Shown: positions 17,271 to 27,199, counted from the stretch's first letter. The stretch is 64,000 bases of DNA from an uncultured Dehalococcoidia bacterium (GCA_964510985.1 CAZEDC010000116.1:1800-65799); one strand, 5' to 3'. Notes: a model not told the origin generated them from the letters alone. Numbers and translations are program-made.

Positions 17271-18269
17271 TCAGGTGAGCCGCTGATGTGCCCCGCACTC
17301 GGAATGAAAAACGTAGTTCGGCTGGGAAACGGTGATGCTGCCGCCGCCGATCTGGCGGAGGTGTTCCACCGCGTCCAGCAGCTTAGCCTTCTCGACGATG
17401 ACGGTAACGGCGTACCAGCCGTCTCCGTTCCCGGTGTATACCTTGGAGATGGTGGGCCCCCGCAGCCCGGAGATGTCGCCATGGCGGAGGATGTACGCCC
17501 CGATTTCTTCCTCGGACTCGCCCTTCATGTTGGCGGTGACGCTGTAAAACTCCCTGGACTGCAGGTAAGCTTCCATGAAGTCTACCATGGCCTTGGCCCG
17601 ACCCAGCTTCCTCTCGTCGGCGCCCAGCATGGGCCCGTTGGCGATCAGGCACGCCTCGGAGGTCAGGATGGAGCCGCCGTGGATGGCCTTCAGCCGGTTC
17701 TCCCTCATTGTGGTGCCACTGGATGAGATATCGGCGATGATGTCCGCGTACCCCATGGCCGGTGCGGCCTCCAGTGTGCCGGAGGACTGCACCAGCGAAA
17801 AGTAGCCGACCCCTTTGCTCAGGAGGTACCGCTCTACCAGCCGCGGGTACTTGGTTACGATGCGAAGGTCTCTACCCTCCTGACGGAACTCCAGGGAAAG
17901 GTCGGTCAGGTCGGCCAGGGACGTGACGTCCACCCAGGAGTCGGGGACGCCGAGAACCAGCTCGCAGCGGCCGAATCCCAGTGCGTCGATGACAGTATGG
18001 GCGCTGCCTCCCTCTCGACGCAACTCAAGAAAGCGGTCCTGCCCGACGATACCCAGTTCCGCGCTCCCCTCCTCTACTTTTGAGGTGATATCGGCGCCCC
18101 GCTGGAACAGGACGGTGACTCCGGGGAGGGAGGGTATCTCGGCCGTGTACCTGCGGAGGTTGGTCCTGGACACGCCTATCCCGCAGGCACTAAGGAAGGC
18201 CAGTGTCGGCTCGTAGAGGGCCCCGTCGCTGGGGATCGCCATCCGGATTTTTTGTTCCCGCTCTTTCAT
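17271..18269 (-). CDS. hisG: ATP phosphoribosyltransferase, long form with C-terminal regulatory domain
   Basis: 332-aa ORF. Catalytic domains (DISSSGTTMRENRL) plus a HisG_C-like tail (GWYAVTVIVEKAKLLDAVEHLRQIGGGSITV). Start overlaps the hisZ stop by 4 nt. Confidence 0.9.
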   Translation of the reverse strand: MKEREQKIRMAIPSDGALYEPTLAFLSACGIGVSRTNLRRYTAEIPSLPGVTVLFQRGADITSKVEEGSAELGIVGQDRFLELRREGGSAHTVIDALGFGRCELVLGVPDSWVDVTSLADLTDLSLEFRQEGRDLRIVTKYPRLVERYLLSKGVGYFSLVQSSGTLEAAPAMGYADIIADISSSGTTMRENRLKAIHGGSILTSEACLIANGPMLGADERKLGRAKAMVDFMEAYLQSREFYSVTANMKGESEEEIGAYILRHGDISGLRGPTISKVYTGNGDGWYAVTVIVEKAKLLDAVEHLRQIGGGSITVSQPNYVFHSECGAHQRLT

Positions 18270-19498
18270 CGGTTCTTTGATTCCTCTGGGCCCCCTGGTC
18301 GACCGCTAATCGGCGTGTCTACGAGCAGGTCCAGGTTGAATGCGAACCCCAGGGCCGGCACGTCACCGCCGCCCAGGGCCTTGACCAGGCCGTCAAACCG
18401 GCCGCCACCGCCGACGGGTGTTTCTCCAAGCCCAGTGGTGGACAACTCGAAAATAACGCCTGTGTAGTAGGCCAGCCCTCTGGCCAGGCCCAGGTCCAGC
18501 GTCACCTCGGCGTCCAGAGGCTCGCACCGTTCCAGTTTGCCAGTCAGGGTCTCCAGCTCATCGAGGTTTGTTGTCCCTGCCCCTGAAGCAGAGGTGATTC
18601 GACGAGCCTCTTTCAGTACTGTCCCCGATGGCCCTTCGAGGCGTGAAAGCTCTGTTACCACCGTCAAGGCCTCGGCGAAGGTGTCAGGGTCGTTGGACTC
18701 GCGCACCTTACGAAGCAGCCGCCCCAGGATCTGCTCGTTGGTCCGCCGCCCTGCCGCCACGGGCATGGACTCCTTGACCACCTCTTCGATGTACCGCTGT
18801 ACGCTCCTCCCGGCCCCGTCCGTCAGACCCTCGGGCGCGTCCGACACGGCTCCGGGGGTGAGCAGGCCCAACTCCCCAGCCTGCTCCATCAGCCGGTTCG
18901 GGTAGGTCCGGCCGGTCTTCAGCGCCATCATGTTGCTGGCGATGAACATCCTGGCAGGCTCCGAGAGGCCGTATCGGGCTAGACACTCGTTCAGGACCCC
19001 CAGGTGTCCGATCCGGAGGTGGTATTTTTGCGGTCCGAGGGTTCCCAGTGTGGCCATAGCCAGACAGATAATCTCGGCATCGGCGTCCACGCCGGCGGCC
19101 CCCACGAGTTCGGCGCCCACCTGGGTGAACTGGCGGTATCCTCCAACCTCGGCCTGCTCGTAGCGGAACACCGGGCCACAATAGCGCCATCGGACGGGGA
19201 GGTCTAAAAGCTCCCGCTCCTGGACGTAGTGCCTTATCACCGATGAGGTGAACTCGGGACGGAGGCTGACCTTGTGGCCCGCGGGGTCGGTGAAGGTGTA
19301 CAGGCGGCTGGTTAGTTCGCCGCCCGATTTGCGGATGAACAGCTCCGTCTCCTCCAGCAAGGGCGTGTCGATGACAGCGTACCCTTCCCCCTCCAGGCAC
19401 GCTCCGATAGCCTCGGCCGCCCGGGTGGCGCGCTCGAGAGTATCGGCCGTCGAGTCTCGCATGTCCGGGAGTATACGTATCTGCTGGCTGGAAGGCAT
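18266..19498 (-). CDS. hisZ: ATP phosphoribosyltransferase regulatory subunit (HisRS paralog lacking an anticodon-binding domain)
   Basis: 410-aa class-II aaRS-like core (RLYTFTD.., RYCGPVFRYE, GGGGRFDGL). The protein ends shortly after motif 3, so there is no anticodon-binding domain. Confidence 0.8.
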   Translation of the reverse strand: MPSSQQIRILPDMRDSTADTLERATRAAEAIGACLEGEGYAVIDTPLLEETELFIRKSGGELTSRLYTFTDPAGHKVSLRPEFTSSVIRHYVQERELLDLPVRWRYCGPVFRYEQAEVGGYRQFTQVGAELVGAAGVDADAEIICLAMATLGTLGPQKYHLRIGHLGVLNECLARYGLSEPARMFIASNMMALKTGRTYPNRLMEQAGELGLLTPGAVSDAPEGLTDGAGRSVQRYIEEVVKESMPVAAGRRTNEQILGRLLRKVRESNDPDTFAEALTVVTELSRLEGPSGTVLKEARRITSASGAGTTNLDELETLTGKLERCEPLDAEVTLDLGLARGLAYYTGVIFELSTTGLGETPVGGGGRFDGLVKALGGGDVPALGFAFNLDLLVDTPISGRPGGPEESKNR

Positions 19499-19548
19499 CG
19501 TCGATCTCTCGTTATTCCGCCTGTAAACCGCTCACCTGGTTTCTTATA

Positions 19549-19672
19549 AACTATCTCGAAAGGGAGGTGATTTACACCCACCGACCCGCCCTCAAGGGTT
19601 TTAATTCCTGGGGGTATATCCCCCAGACCCCCTGGCAGAGGGGGACACCCCCTCTGGACTCCCCCGAGAGGA
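19549..19672 (+). repeat. family-1 dispersed intergenic repeat, copy B
   Basis: AACTATCTCGAAAGGGAGGTGATTTACACCCACCGACCCGCCCTCAAGGGTTTTAATTCCTGGGGGTATATCCCCCAGACCCCCTGGCAGAGGGGGACACCCCCTCTGGACTCCCCCGAG. Confidence 0.9.
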
Positions 19673-19726
19673 AGTCCGGAAAGTTACTTATTCTCGCCGC
19701 GGTTGCTTCCCTTTGGAGCCTCCGGT

Positions 19727-19755
19727 GTAGGGACAGGTTTCAAACCTGTCCCTAC
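19727..19755. repeat. hairpin repeat, copy 2
   Basis: GTAGGGACAGGTTTCAAACCTGTCCCTAC, a perfect palindromic stem. Confidence 0.85.
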
Positions 19756-19967
19756 AGGACATGGAATTTTGTTGCGCTCGTAGAGATTTTCCTCGGCGTC
19801 GGGCCATAGGCCATTTTACAATACCGCTGGACCTCCTTCAATGACGACGAGGCCCATTAACAAGCGCACAAGCTGGTCAAGATGCTGTACGATTCACGGA
19901 GGGAAGAAAACCTCCGACCGCTTGACTCCGTATAGAGGTTATTACATAATGCGGGAGGCAGCGGGAC

Positions 19968-20318
19968 ATGGAGGTAACGATAGAATTGTATCGAAGAGAG
20001 CTTCTCAAAGGGAGCACCGAGACCCTGATCCTGTCTCTTCTTACCAATGAGTCCATGTACGGCTATCAACTGGTCAAGGAGATGGATGCGCGTAGCAGCG
20101 GGTACTTCCGGTTCAAGGAAGGTACACTGTATCCCGCGCTTCACCGGTTAGCCCGTTCCGGCCTGGTGGAGGGTAGATGGGAGGTCTCCCCCAGCGGGCA
20201 AGACCGTCGCTACTACCACATTACCGGGAAGGGGCGTCAGCGCCTCGCGTCCATGCTCGAGGAGTGGGCGCGGTTCACCCAGGCCGTCAACCTGGTGGCG
20301 CAGCCCAAAAGCGCCTAG
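19968..20318 (+). CDS. PadR family transcriptional regulator
   Basis: 116-aa ORF with LILSLL..MYGYQL and GTLYPALHRLARSGLV..RRYYHITGKG motifs. Confidence 0.85.
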   Translation: MEVTIELYRRELLKGSTETLILSLLTNESMYGYQLVKEMDARSSGYFRFKEGTLYPALHRLARSGLVEGRWEVSPSGQDRRYYHITGKGRQRLASMLEEWARFTQAVNLVAQPKSA

Positions 20319-20434
20319 CACCTTCTCTGGGTCCGCTTCGTGAGGCTCCCCTACTCATAGCGAGCGGCCTGGTTAGGCCTCAGTTCTCCGCCGCCTTATA
20401 AAACTTTTGGTACGGAAGGTATCCTGAGAGTCTG

Positions 20435-21454
20435 ATGACCTCGATAATTCGCGGGTATTTCAAAGATCTAGGCGAGCAACTGCACCTGGAGCCTCGCGAA
20501 CAGGCGGAGATACTCCACGAGTTACAGGCTCACGTCGAAGATAAGACCAGAGAGCTTGTCGACGCCGGAGTATCCACTGATGTTGCCATTAACCACGCGC
20601 TAAACGACCTCGGCGCTTCCACAGCCATCGCCAGCGAGCTATACGAGGTACATACCCGGGGCTCCTGGTATCACGCAGTTCTGGCAGTACTCCCCCATGT
20701 TCTTATCTCGTTGATGTTCGCCCTGCATCTTTGGGCCGCACCCGTCTGGATCGCCCTCATGGCCCTGGTAGCGCTGACCATCAGCGTCATGGGTTGGAGA
20801 AAAGGCCGTCCGAGATGGACATACCCATGGCTGGGATACTGTCTGGTCATCCCATTCATCTCCTGGGGATTGGCCATGAGCACGGTCGGATACGGCGCAT
20901 GGGGCGTCGTTACGCGGGGCGTCTTGCCATTGGGCAACCCCATCTACATCGCATCCTTCGTCTATGTGGCGTTCTCGCTCTGGCTGGTGATACGATTCGT
21001 CTCCAAGGTTGTCCGGCCGGACTGGCTCATGGCGTCACTGGCGGCGCTGCCCCTACCGTTCCTGGCCTACTGGTTTTTCTATTTCTACAGTCGAGACGAC
21101 GTGTTACAGGCCACGGGCCAGCGGCTTCAGGAGGTTGACAGCAGCGTGGCGGTGGTCTTCCTGGTACTGGCCGCGGCCACCGCGATATTCTTCCGGCTGG
21201 GCCGCCGCGTCATCAGGGTGGCCCTGCTCGTGATCACCGCGCCGTCCATTATCGTACTGGCCTGGTTCAGCTATCAGGGCGGCCCGGGGTACGTGGCGCT
21301 GTTCATGTTCTGCGCGGTCTCACTGGCGCTGCTGCTGAGTCCTGCCCTGTTCGACCTTAAAGACAGCCAGACAGTACGTTCCGGGCTGACCCGCGGCCAG
21401 GGCTCACTGAGGCTGACGGAACTGGTGGAACGGATGCGGCACTCCCGAAACTGA
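20435..21454 (+). CDS. polytopic membrane protein with N-terminal cytoplasmic helical domain (PadR-associated type)
   Basis: 339-aa ORF. Soluble roughly 80-aa N-terminal region followed by multiple hydrophobic segments. Immediately downstream of the PadR gene. Confidence 0.65.
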   Translation: MTSIIRGYFKDLGEQLHLEPREQAEILHELQAHVEDKTRELVDAGVSTDVAINHALNDLGASTAIASELYEVHTRGSWYHAVLAVLPHVLISLMFALHLWAAPVWIALMALVALTISVMGWRKGRPRWTYPWLGYCLVIPFISWGLAMSTVGYGAWGVVTRGVLPLGNPIYIASFVYVAFSLWLVIRFVSKVVRPDWLMASLAALPLPFLAYWFFYFYSRDDVLQATGQRLQEVDSSVAVVFLVLAAATAIFFRLGRRVIRVALLVITAPSIIVLAWFSYQGGPGYVALFMFCAVSLALLLSPALFDLKDSQTVRSGLTRGQGSLRLTELVERMRHSRN

Positions 21455-21510
21455 TCTACGGTAGCCGGGACCGGGTCCCCCGCGCCAGAGGTTACTCTCT
21501 TCCCCCTCCT

Positions 21511-21612
21511 CCTCCGAAGAGTCGGAGTCCGCGCCAATACCGATTTAAGGTGGCGGACAGATTGCTTCGTCGTCCCGACGGGTCGTCCTTCCGCGGAAGG
21601 ACTCGCAATGAC
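21511..21612 (+). repeat. composite roughly 100-nt repeat (inverted partner at 53603-53693)
   Basis: CCTCCGAAGAGTCGGAGTCCGCGCCAATACCGATTTAAGGTGGCGGACAGAT.. matches the reverse complement of 53643-53693 with 2 differences. Both continue into a GTCAT-type module. Confidence 0.9.
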
Positions 21613-21700
21613 AGCTCGTAGGTGTATTCTGGAGACGGTGCACTAATTTTTACAATACCCGTGGCCTGCCCAATATACTTGCCCTCGGGAGGCGATTAGC

Positions 21701-22585
21701 ATGGGAGCGGACGCTTTGCCGTCAAATGGCGGCCTGCAGGTAGCGGTCGTCGTGGACAGCGCGGCTTCGTTGCCTGCGGACATGGCACGAGACTCGGGCC
21801 TGCACGTGGTGCCTATGGGCCTCACGGTTGACGGTACCAGCTACCTGGACGGCCGGGACCTGAGTCCGACGGAGTTCTACCGTCTGCTGACGGAATCACC
21901 GACGCTGCCCTCCACTTCGGCGCCGTCTCCCGCCCGGTTCCTGGAGGCCTTTCGCCAGGCCGCCGAGACGGCCCCTTCCATCCTGTGCCTGACGGTCTCT
22001 TCCAACTTCAGCGCGACCTTCGACTCTGCCAAAACGGCCGCGGCAGAGGCGGGGGAATCGCTGCCCGACGTAGAGATACGGGTGCTGGACACCGGGAGCG
22101 CGGCAGGGGGAGAAGGCCTCATAGCCCTTGAGGCGTGCCGGTCCGCGAACCGGGGGGCCGGACTGGACGAGGTCGCGTCAGCGGTGGAGAGCGTGATAAC
22201 TGGGGTCAGGCTGATGGCCTTCGTGGACACGCTCTACTACCTGTGGAAAGGTGGAAGGGTGTCGAAGATAGCCCACGCCGGCACCTCCCTGCTTAAGATC
22301 AAGCCTCTGTTCGAGCTAAGCCAAGGGCAGGTCCGCACTCTGGCCCGCCCCAGGACCCACAGGAGGGCCATGAACCGGTTGGTCGAATTGATGCGTCAGC
22401 GGGCCGCGGCGGGCCGGCTCCATGCCACAATCATGCACGCCGACTCCGCCGGGCCGGCTGAGGAGCTTCGCGCCCAGATAGCGGCCGAGTTCGACTACGA
22501 AGAGCTGTTCGTCAGCGAGTTCACCCCGGTCATGGGCGTTCACATTGGCCCTGGCCTGCTGGGGATCGCATACTGGAACGGCTGA
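21701..22585 (+). CDS. DegV family fatty-acid-binding protein
   Basis: 294-aa ORF with VVVDSAASLP... TSAPSPARFLEAF and a DegV-like C-terminal half. Confidence 0.85.
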   Translation: MGADALPSNGGLQVAVVVDSAASLPADMARDSGLHVVPMGLTVDGTSYLDGRDLSPTEFYRLLTESPTLPSTSAPSPARFLEAFRQAAETAPSILCLTVSSNFSATFDSAKTAAAEAGESLPDVEIRVLDTGSAAGGEGLIALEACRSANRGAGLDEVASAVESVITGVRLMAFVDTLYYLWKGGRVSKIAHAGTSLLKIKPLFELSQGQVRTLARPRTHRRAMNRLVELMRQRAAAGRLHATIMHADSAGPAEELRAQIAAEFDYEELFVSEFTPVMGVHIGPGLLGIAYWNG

Positions 22586-22588
22586 TGA

Positions 22589-23926
22589 TCACATGGTCGC
22601 GAGTACTTCGTCCGCGGCCGCTAGAGTCTTGTCTACGTCCTCCTGAGAGTGGGCCGTCGAGATGAACCAAGAGCCTTGGCCCATGATCCGTATTCCCCGT
22701 TCCAGCATCCCTTGATAGAACGTGGTGTACTTCTCTTTATCCGAGGCGGCCAGGTCGGCGAAGTCCGTGACCTCGGGCAGGTCGGTGAACGACATGTGGA
22801 AGACGGGCCCGGGGCCGAAAACCTGGATACCGATCTCGTGCTTGCTGCCCAGGGCTCTCAGGCCCTCCATCAAAGCATTGGAGATGGAGTAGAGTTGCTT
22901 ATACACGGCCCCGTTGTCGGCCATAAGCTTGTTCAGGGCCGCCTCGGCCGCCGCCATGGACATGACGTTGCTGTTAAGCGTACCGCCTTGCATGACGGTG
23001 CCGTCGGCCATGACGTCCATGACCTCCCGCTTGCCGGTGAGCATGGAGACCGGGAAGCCGCCGGCCATGGCCTTTGCGAAGGTGGAAAGGTCCGGCGTTA
23101 CACCCAGGAGTTCCTGGCCGCCGCCTAGGGCGACCCTGAATCCGGTAATGACCTCGTCGAAGATGAGCACGACGCCGTGCTGGTCGCAAAGCTCGCGGAG
23201 ACCTTCTGCGTACCCAGGACTGGGCATCATGCCGTTGGTGATGGGCTCGGTAATGATGGCGGCTATCTGGCCGGTGTAAAGTTCCAGGGCTTTCTTGACC
23301 GCGTCCAGGTTGTTCCAGGGGAGGATGATTATGTCGTCGGCCGAGCCCGGCGCCATGCCTTTCGTCTTTGCGATAGGGTCTGGGAACTCCGAGACATCGC
23401 CTTCGAGGATCGAAGGGTCCCCATCGTAGTAGACGCTATCCATCCAGCCGTGGTACTCACCGTGAAACTTTATGATCTTGGACCTGCCGGTGTAGCCGCG
23501 AGCCACCCTGAGGGCGGTCTGGACTATCTCGGTGCCGGAACTGGCGAAGCGGACCAACTCGGCCGAGGGCACGACCTTCTGCACCATCTCGGATACCGTG
23601 ATCTCCAGTTCGTGCTGCGCGGCGAAGGTCTGCCCTCTCTGCATCCCCTCGGCTACAGCATCCAGTAAAAAGTCCGGCGAGTGGCCGAAGATGTTGGGCC
23701 CCCGCCCCATTACGTAGTCGATATACTCGTTGCCGTCCACGTCCCAGAGCTTGGAGCCCTTGCCCCGCTGCAGGAACAGGGGCATCGGGCCCTCGCCCAG
23801 TCTGGCATCGCTGCTTATGCCACCGGCCAGAGATTTCTTGGAACGCTCGAATAGCTCGCGGGTCTTGTCCAGCTTCACGAAATTCTCCTTTTGCCCTGCT
23901 CCCGGACTTTGGAAACTCGATCCCAT
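22589..23926 (-). CDS. class-III (GSA-aminomutase-like) PLP-dependent aminotransferase
   Basis: 445-aa ORF with FDEVITGFRV and TFAKAMAGGFP (PLP-lysine context). Confidence 0.85.
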   Translation of the reverse strand: MGSSFQSPGAGQKENFVKLDKTRELFERSKKSLAGGISSDARLGEGPMPLFLQRGKGSKLWDVDGNEYIDYVMGRGPNIFGHSPDFLLDAVAEGMQRGQTFAAQHELEITVSEMVQKVVPSAELVRFASSGTEIVQTALRVARGYTGRSKIIKFHGEYHGWMDSVYYDGDPSILEGDVSEFPDPIAKTKGMAPGSADDIIILPWNNLDAVKKALELYTGQIAAIITEPITNGMMPSPGYAEGLRELCDQHGVVLIFDEVITGFRVALGGGQELLGVTPDLSTFAKAMAGGFPVSMLTGKREVMDVMADGTVMQGGTLNSNVMSMAAAEAALNKLMADNGAVYKQLYSISNALMEGLRALGSKHEIGIQVFGPGPVFHMSFTDLPEVTDFADLAASDKEKYTTFYQGMLERGIRIMGQGSWFISTAHSQEDVDKTLAAADEVLATM

Positions 23927-24042
23927 ATGAAAGGGATATCATCCATAAGGTACTCCAACCGGGACGTGCGGGCAAGGATTTTTTCAGTAATCAAAGTACC
24001 CACATTCATTGCAATGACAGTCGTGGGCGAACGAGGCCTGCT

Positions 24043-24070
24043 GTAGGGGCAGGTTTCAAACCTGCCCTAC
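24043..24070. repeat. hairpin repeat, copy 3
   Basis: GTAGGGGCAGGTTTCAAACCTGCCCTAC. Confidence 0.85.
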
Positions 24071-24235
24071 GTATGTTGTCAGAGGGCGGGAGGATCGGCC
24101 TGAAGGCCGAGTCCACCATGTATACGGCCCTCTGGCCCTCAGGGCCAAGGGAGGCGGCCCCATCGCTAGATTCTTAATCCTTCCGAGGGAAGACTCAGAA
24201 GAACCGTTGGAGACCTGCGTTACGAGACACACCCC

Positions 24236-25687
24236 CTAGAGATGCTCGGCACGGCCGTGGTCCACGTACATGGTGCCCTCCACCTGTGTTACCTGGACCT
24301 CCTGGCGGTACTCGCTGCCCCCGATGCGGGCTGAGGCCTGGTGGAGCAGGGTCGAGACGGCGAGGTGCCCGGGACCGGCGCCGCTGGCCAGCGCCTCCGT
24401 GAGGACGCGCCCGTCCACGGGACCGGCCGGCTTCAGGCCCAAGATATGGAGGACGGTGGGGAAGATATCCACGTTACCGGACGCCATCTGGCTCTTGAGA
24501 CCCCTCTGAAAGGTAGGGCCAGCAGCCAGCAGTACATTATGGACCTCGTTTGGACTCAGGGAGCCGTGGTTGCCCAGGCCAACGCCGACATCTCCACTGG
24601 AGCCGGCAGAACCGCTTACACCATAAAGGTTGGATTCATCTGTCCATGCGAAGGAAACAAGGATGTCGGGGGCGCGAGGGTGGTCGTACATGATCCTGGA
24701 GTGTGGGATGGCCCCCGGAATGGGGACTGCGGCGTCTCGGACGAAGACCGGGCCGCACCAGCTTTGCGCAACAACGGCCTCAACCACTGAGGCGATGGTC
24801 CGCACACCGTGGTCCGTGACGTACACGGACGCGCAGCCGCCGTTGTCGGCCACCAGTACGTCGGTCGAACTCTTGTCTCGTTTGATACCTTTTTGGATCA
24901 ACAATCCTTGAATGTCGATGACCTGGCAGACCGTTGAGTGGCCGTGGTCCGAGAGGACCAGCACATCGGCGGTGCCGGTTAGCCCGGTGTTCTCCAGATG
25001 TTCCAGGATTCGGCCCAGCTGGGCATCGGCCCTGCGCAGGGAGTCCAGCGCGGCCGGTGAGCCCACGCCGGTCTTGTGTTGGGCTGAGTCGGGGTCCGAC
25101 ATCCATAGCGTCGCTACGTCGGGGGCGTGAGTCGATAGAAAATAGTCCAGGAGGATAGTTACGGCCCTTTCTATGCGGGCGTCGTTTGGCACGCCGGCGT
25201 CGGGCCAGGGGCCGTACCGTGACGTCAATTCGGGGTCCAGATTTTCGGGGATGGTGAAATCCGGGTGTATGACCGTCCCACCGACAGACGCCGCCTTGTG
25301 GTGATGCAGCGCGGTGTTCCCGGAACTGCCGACGCCCATGGCCACCATGGACTTGCCGCAGGAATGGAGAACTTCGCCCAGGGTCTCGACCGTCAGTAAC
25401 CGGCCGTTCAGGCGCCGCTCCAGCCCTAGTATCGAGTCACGTTGGCCGGTGGAGACTTTCCAGGTCGGGTCCAGCTCGGGCATGAACAGGGTGTTGCCTA
25501 CCAGACCGTGCCCGGCGGGATAGCGCCCGGTGAACAGAGTGGCGACGTTCACCCGGGTGTGCGTGGGGAAGACGGAGTGGTGGGCCTGGAACTCCACGCC
25601 TCTTTGGGCCAACCGGAGGAGGTTTGGGGTGTCCGACGGGTTGATCTGGTCAGGGCGCAGCCCATCCAGGACGATTATTAGAATCAC
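24236..25687 (-). CDS. alkaline phosphatase / nucleotide pyrophosphatase-phosphodiesterase (NPP) family protein
   Basis: 483-aa ORF. MILIIVLDGLRPD N-terminus, FPTHTRVN, and SDHGH metal-site motifs. Confidence 0.8.
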   Translation of the reverse strand: MILIIVLDGLRPDQINPSDTPNLLRLAQRGVEFQAHHSVFPTHTRVNVATLFTGRYPAGHGLVGNTLFMPELDPTWKVSTGQRDSILGLERRLNGRLLTVETLGEVLHSCGKSMVAMGVGSSGNTALHHHKAASVGGTVIHPDFTIPENLDPELTSRYGPWPDAGVPNDARIERAVTILLDYFLSTHAPDVATLWMSDPDSAQHKTGVGSPAALDSLRRADAQLGRILEHLENTGLTGTADVLVLSDHGHSTVCQVIDIQGLLIQKGIKRDKSSTDVLVADNGGCASVYVTDHGVRTIASVVEAVVAQSWCGPVFVRDAAVPIPGAIPHSRIMYDHPRAPDILVSFAWTDESNLYGVSGSAGSSGDVGVGLGNHGSLSPNEVHNVLLAAGPTFQRGLKSQMASGNVDIFPTVLHILGLKPAGPVDGRVLTEALASGAGPGHLAVSTLLHQASARIGGSEYRQEVQVTQVEGTMYVDHGRAEHL

Positions 25688-25735
25688 CTTACAGCCCTAC
25701 CCTGTCGGGCCGGCCTCGGATCCTTCCCGCCCATC

Positions 25736-27199
25736 TCAGGACCACGGATCCAGCCGGTCGTTTCTCAGCATGCGGACCATGCGGTCGAATCGTAACTCGG
25801 AAACACAGCGGTCTTCGTCGAGGACGAGGGCCATGCCCGGCGGTTCAGGGCCGCCGGTGTCGAGAACGAAGAAGGTGGGGTCGTCGGCGTCGGCCGGCAG
25901 CATGCGGACACTGTTCCTCCACGGCCCTCTGCGCGCTTGAACCACCAGCCCCTCCCCTTCTGCCTTTATCTGCACCCTGCCGGTCCCTTTGATGGTCCGC
26001 CAGTTGGTCAGGTAGCCGGACGCAGGCTCGTACACACCGGGCGCCGCCGCGACGACCGCCCTGTCGTATGGCAGGTCAGAACGGGCGCGGTCAGGCGCGT
26101 CTAGGACGGCCTGTAGAATACGGCCTTCCACCTGGCTGAAGTCGTCGAAGAACAGGTTCATGTGCACCAGGAGGGCGAGGTCGTCGCCGGGGACCAGGGT
26201 CAAGTGGGTATTCCAGCCCCCAACGACTCCTCCGCCGTGGCCGAAGGTCCCTCTGCCGAACCGGCGGCGGCGATGGAAGACCAGTCCCTGGTTGGTCAGC
26301 CTGTCGTCCGGGCACCAGTGCGGAGCGACCATGGAGTCGAATGTCTCGGGCCGGACGATGCCTCCGCCCCGGCGGAGTAGAGCTGCGGCGTACCGCGCCA
26401 TGTCCGGGATGGTGGACTGGACGGCTCCTGCCGCCATTGGTGCGACGTACTGGTACCGGCCCCGGATGTTGTGACCGTCTACCGGCTCTTCTTCCGGTGC
26501 GTCCCTACCCAGCACTTCCAGGGAGTCCCGCTCGTCCTGACCGGGCGGGCGATGGTAACAGGCGGCCAGGTCCACGTTCGGGCGGTCCAGGCAGTCGGTA
26601 TTCGTCATGCCCAGGGGTCCGTATATCCGGCTGCGCAAGACCTCTTCGATGGGGTGGTCTTCTATACGGGCCACGATTTCGCCTAGCAGAGCGAAGGCGT
26701 GGTTGGCGTAGGCCCATTTGGTGCCGGGGGGCGCCTCGATGTCGATGCCGCTCGGGTAGGCATCCGGGACTCCAGGGGAGTCCGGCCCATCGGCCCACAG
26801 GGCGGCCCAGGGATCACGGTAATCGGCCATGGTCGGAGCTTCACCGATGCCGCCTGTATGTGTCAGCAGGTGCTTGACCGTCATGGCTTCGGCCGGTCCG
26901 TTGAGCGCCAGGTCGGGGAGCCGGTCCACCACACGGTCGTCCAGCGAGAGCCTGTCTTCGTCCACCAGCGCCATGGCGCATAGGCCGGTCATGGTCTTGG
27001 TGATGGAGCCGATCCGTTGCCTCAGCGACAGGCACTGGGGGCGCCGGCTCTCGATGTCGGCGTACCCGACGCCTCTGGCGTAGACCAGCTGGTTTTTTGA
27101 AACCACTCCGACGGCTAGTCCAGGTAGATGGTACTCGGCCACAACGCTCAATACAGCGGAGTCTATACGCTCCCTGTCCGATGTGGTGAGCTCGGCCAT
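25736..27199 (-). CDS. serine hydrolase, beta-lactamase/transpeptidase fold
   Basis: 487-aa ORF with an SxxK motif (GSITKTMTG), typical class-C/esterase-like layout and a C-terminal extension. Confidence 0.85.
   Translation of the reverse strand: MAELTTSDRERIDSAVLSVVAEYHLPGLAVGVVSKNQLVYARGVGYADIESRRPQCLSLRQRIGSITKTMTGLCAMALVDEDRLSLDDRVVDRLPDLALNGPAEAMTVKHLLTHTGGIGEAPTMADYRDPWAALWADGPDSPGVPDAYPSGIDIEAPPGTKWAYANHAFALLGEIVARIEDHPIEEVLRSRIYGPLGMTNTDCLDRPNVDLAACYHRPPGQDERDSLEVLGRDAPEEEPVDGHNIRGRYQYVAPMAAGAVQSTIPDMARYAAALLRRGGGIVRPETFDSMVAPHWCPDDRLTNQGLVFHRRRRFGRGTFGHGGGVVGGWNTHLTLVPGDDLALLVHMNLFFDDFSQVEGRILQAVLDAPDRARSDLPYDRAVVAAAPGVYEPASGYLTNWRTIKGTGRVQIKAEGEGLVVQARRGPWRNSVRMLPADADDPTFFVLDTGGPEPPGMALVLDEDRCVSELRFDRMVRMLRNDRLDPWS

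Noticed and set aside
16505-17482. Full 325-aa version of the ORF between hisG and hisD
   Set aside because: The first 77 codons overlap the hisG 3' end in another frame and are Pro/Ser/Ala-rich. An in-frame GTG at 17251, just after the hisG stop, gives a sensible start.
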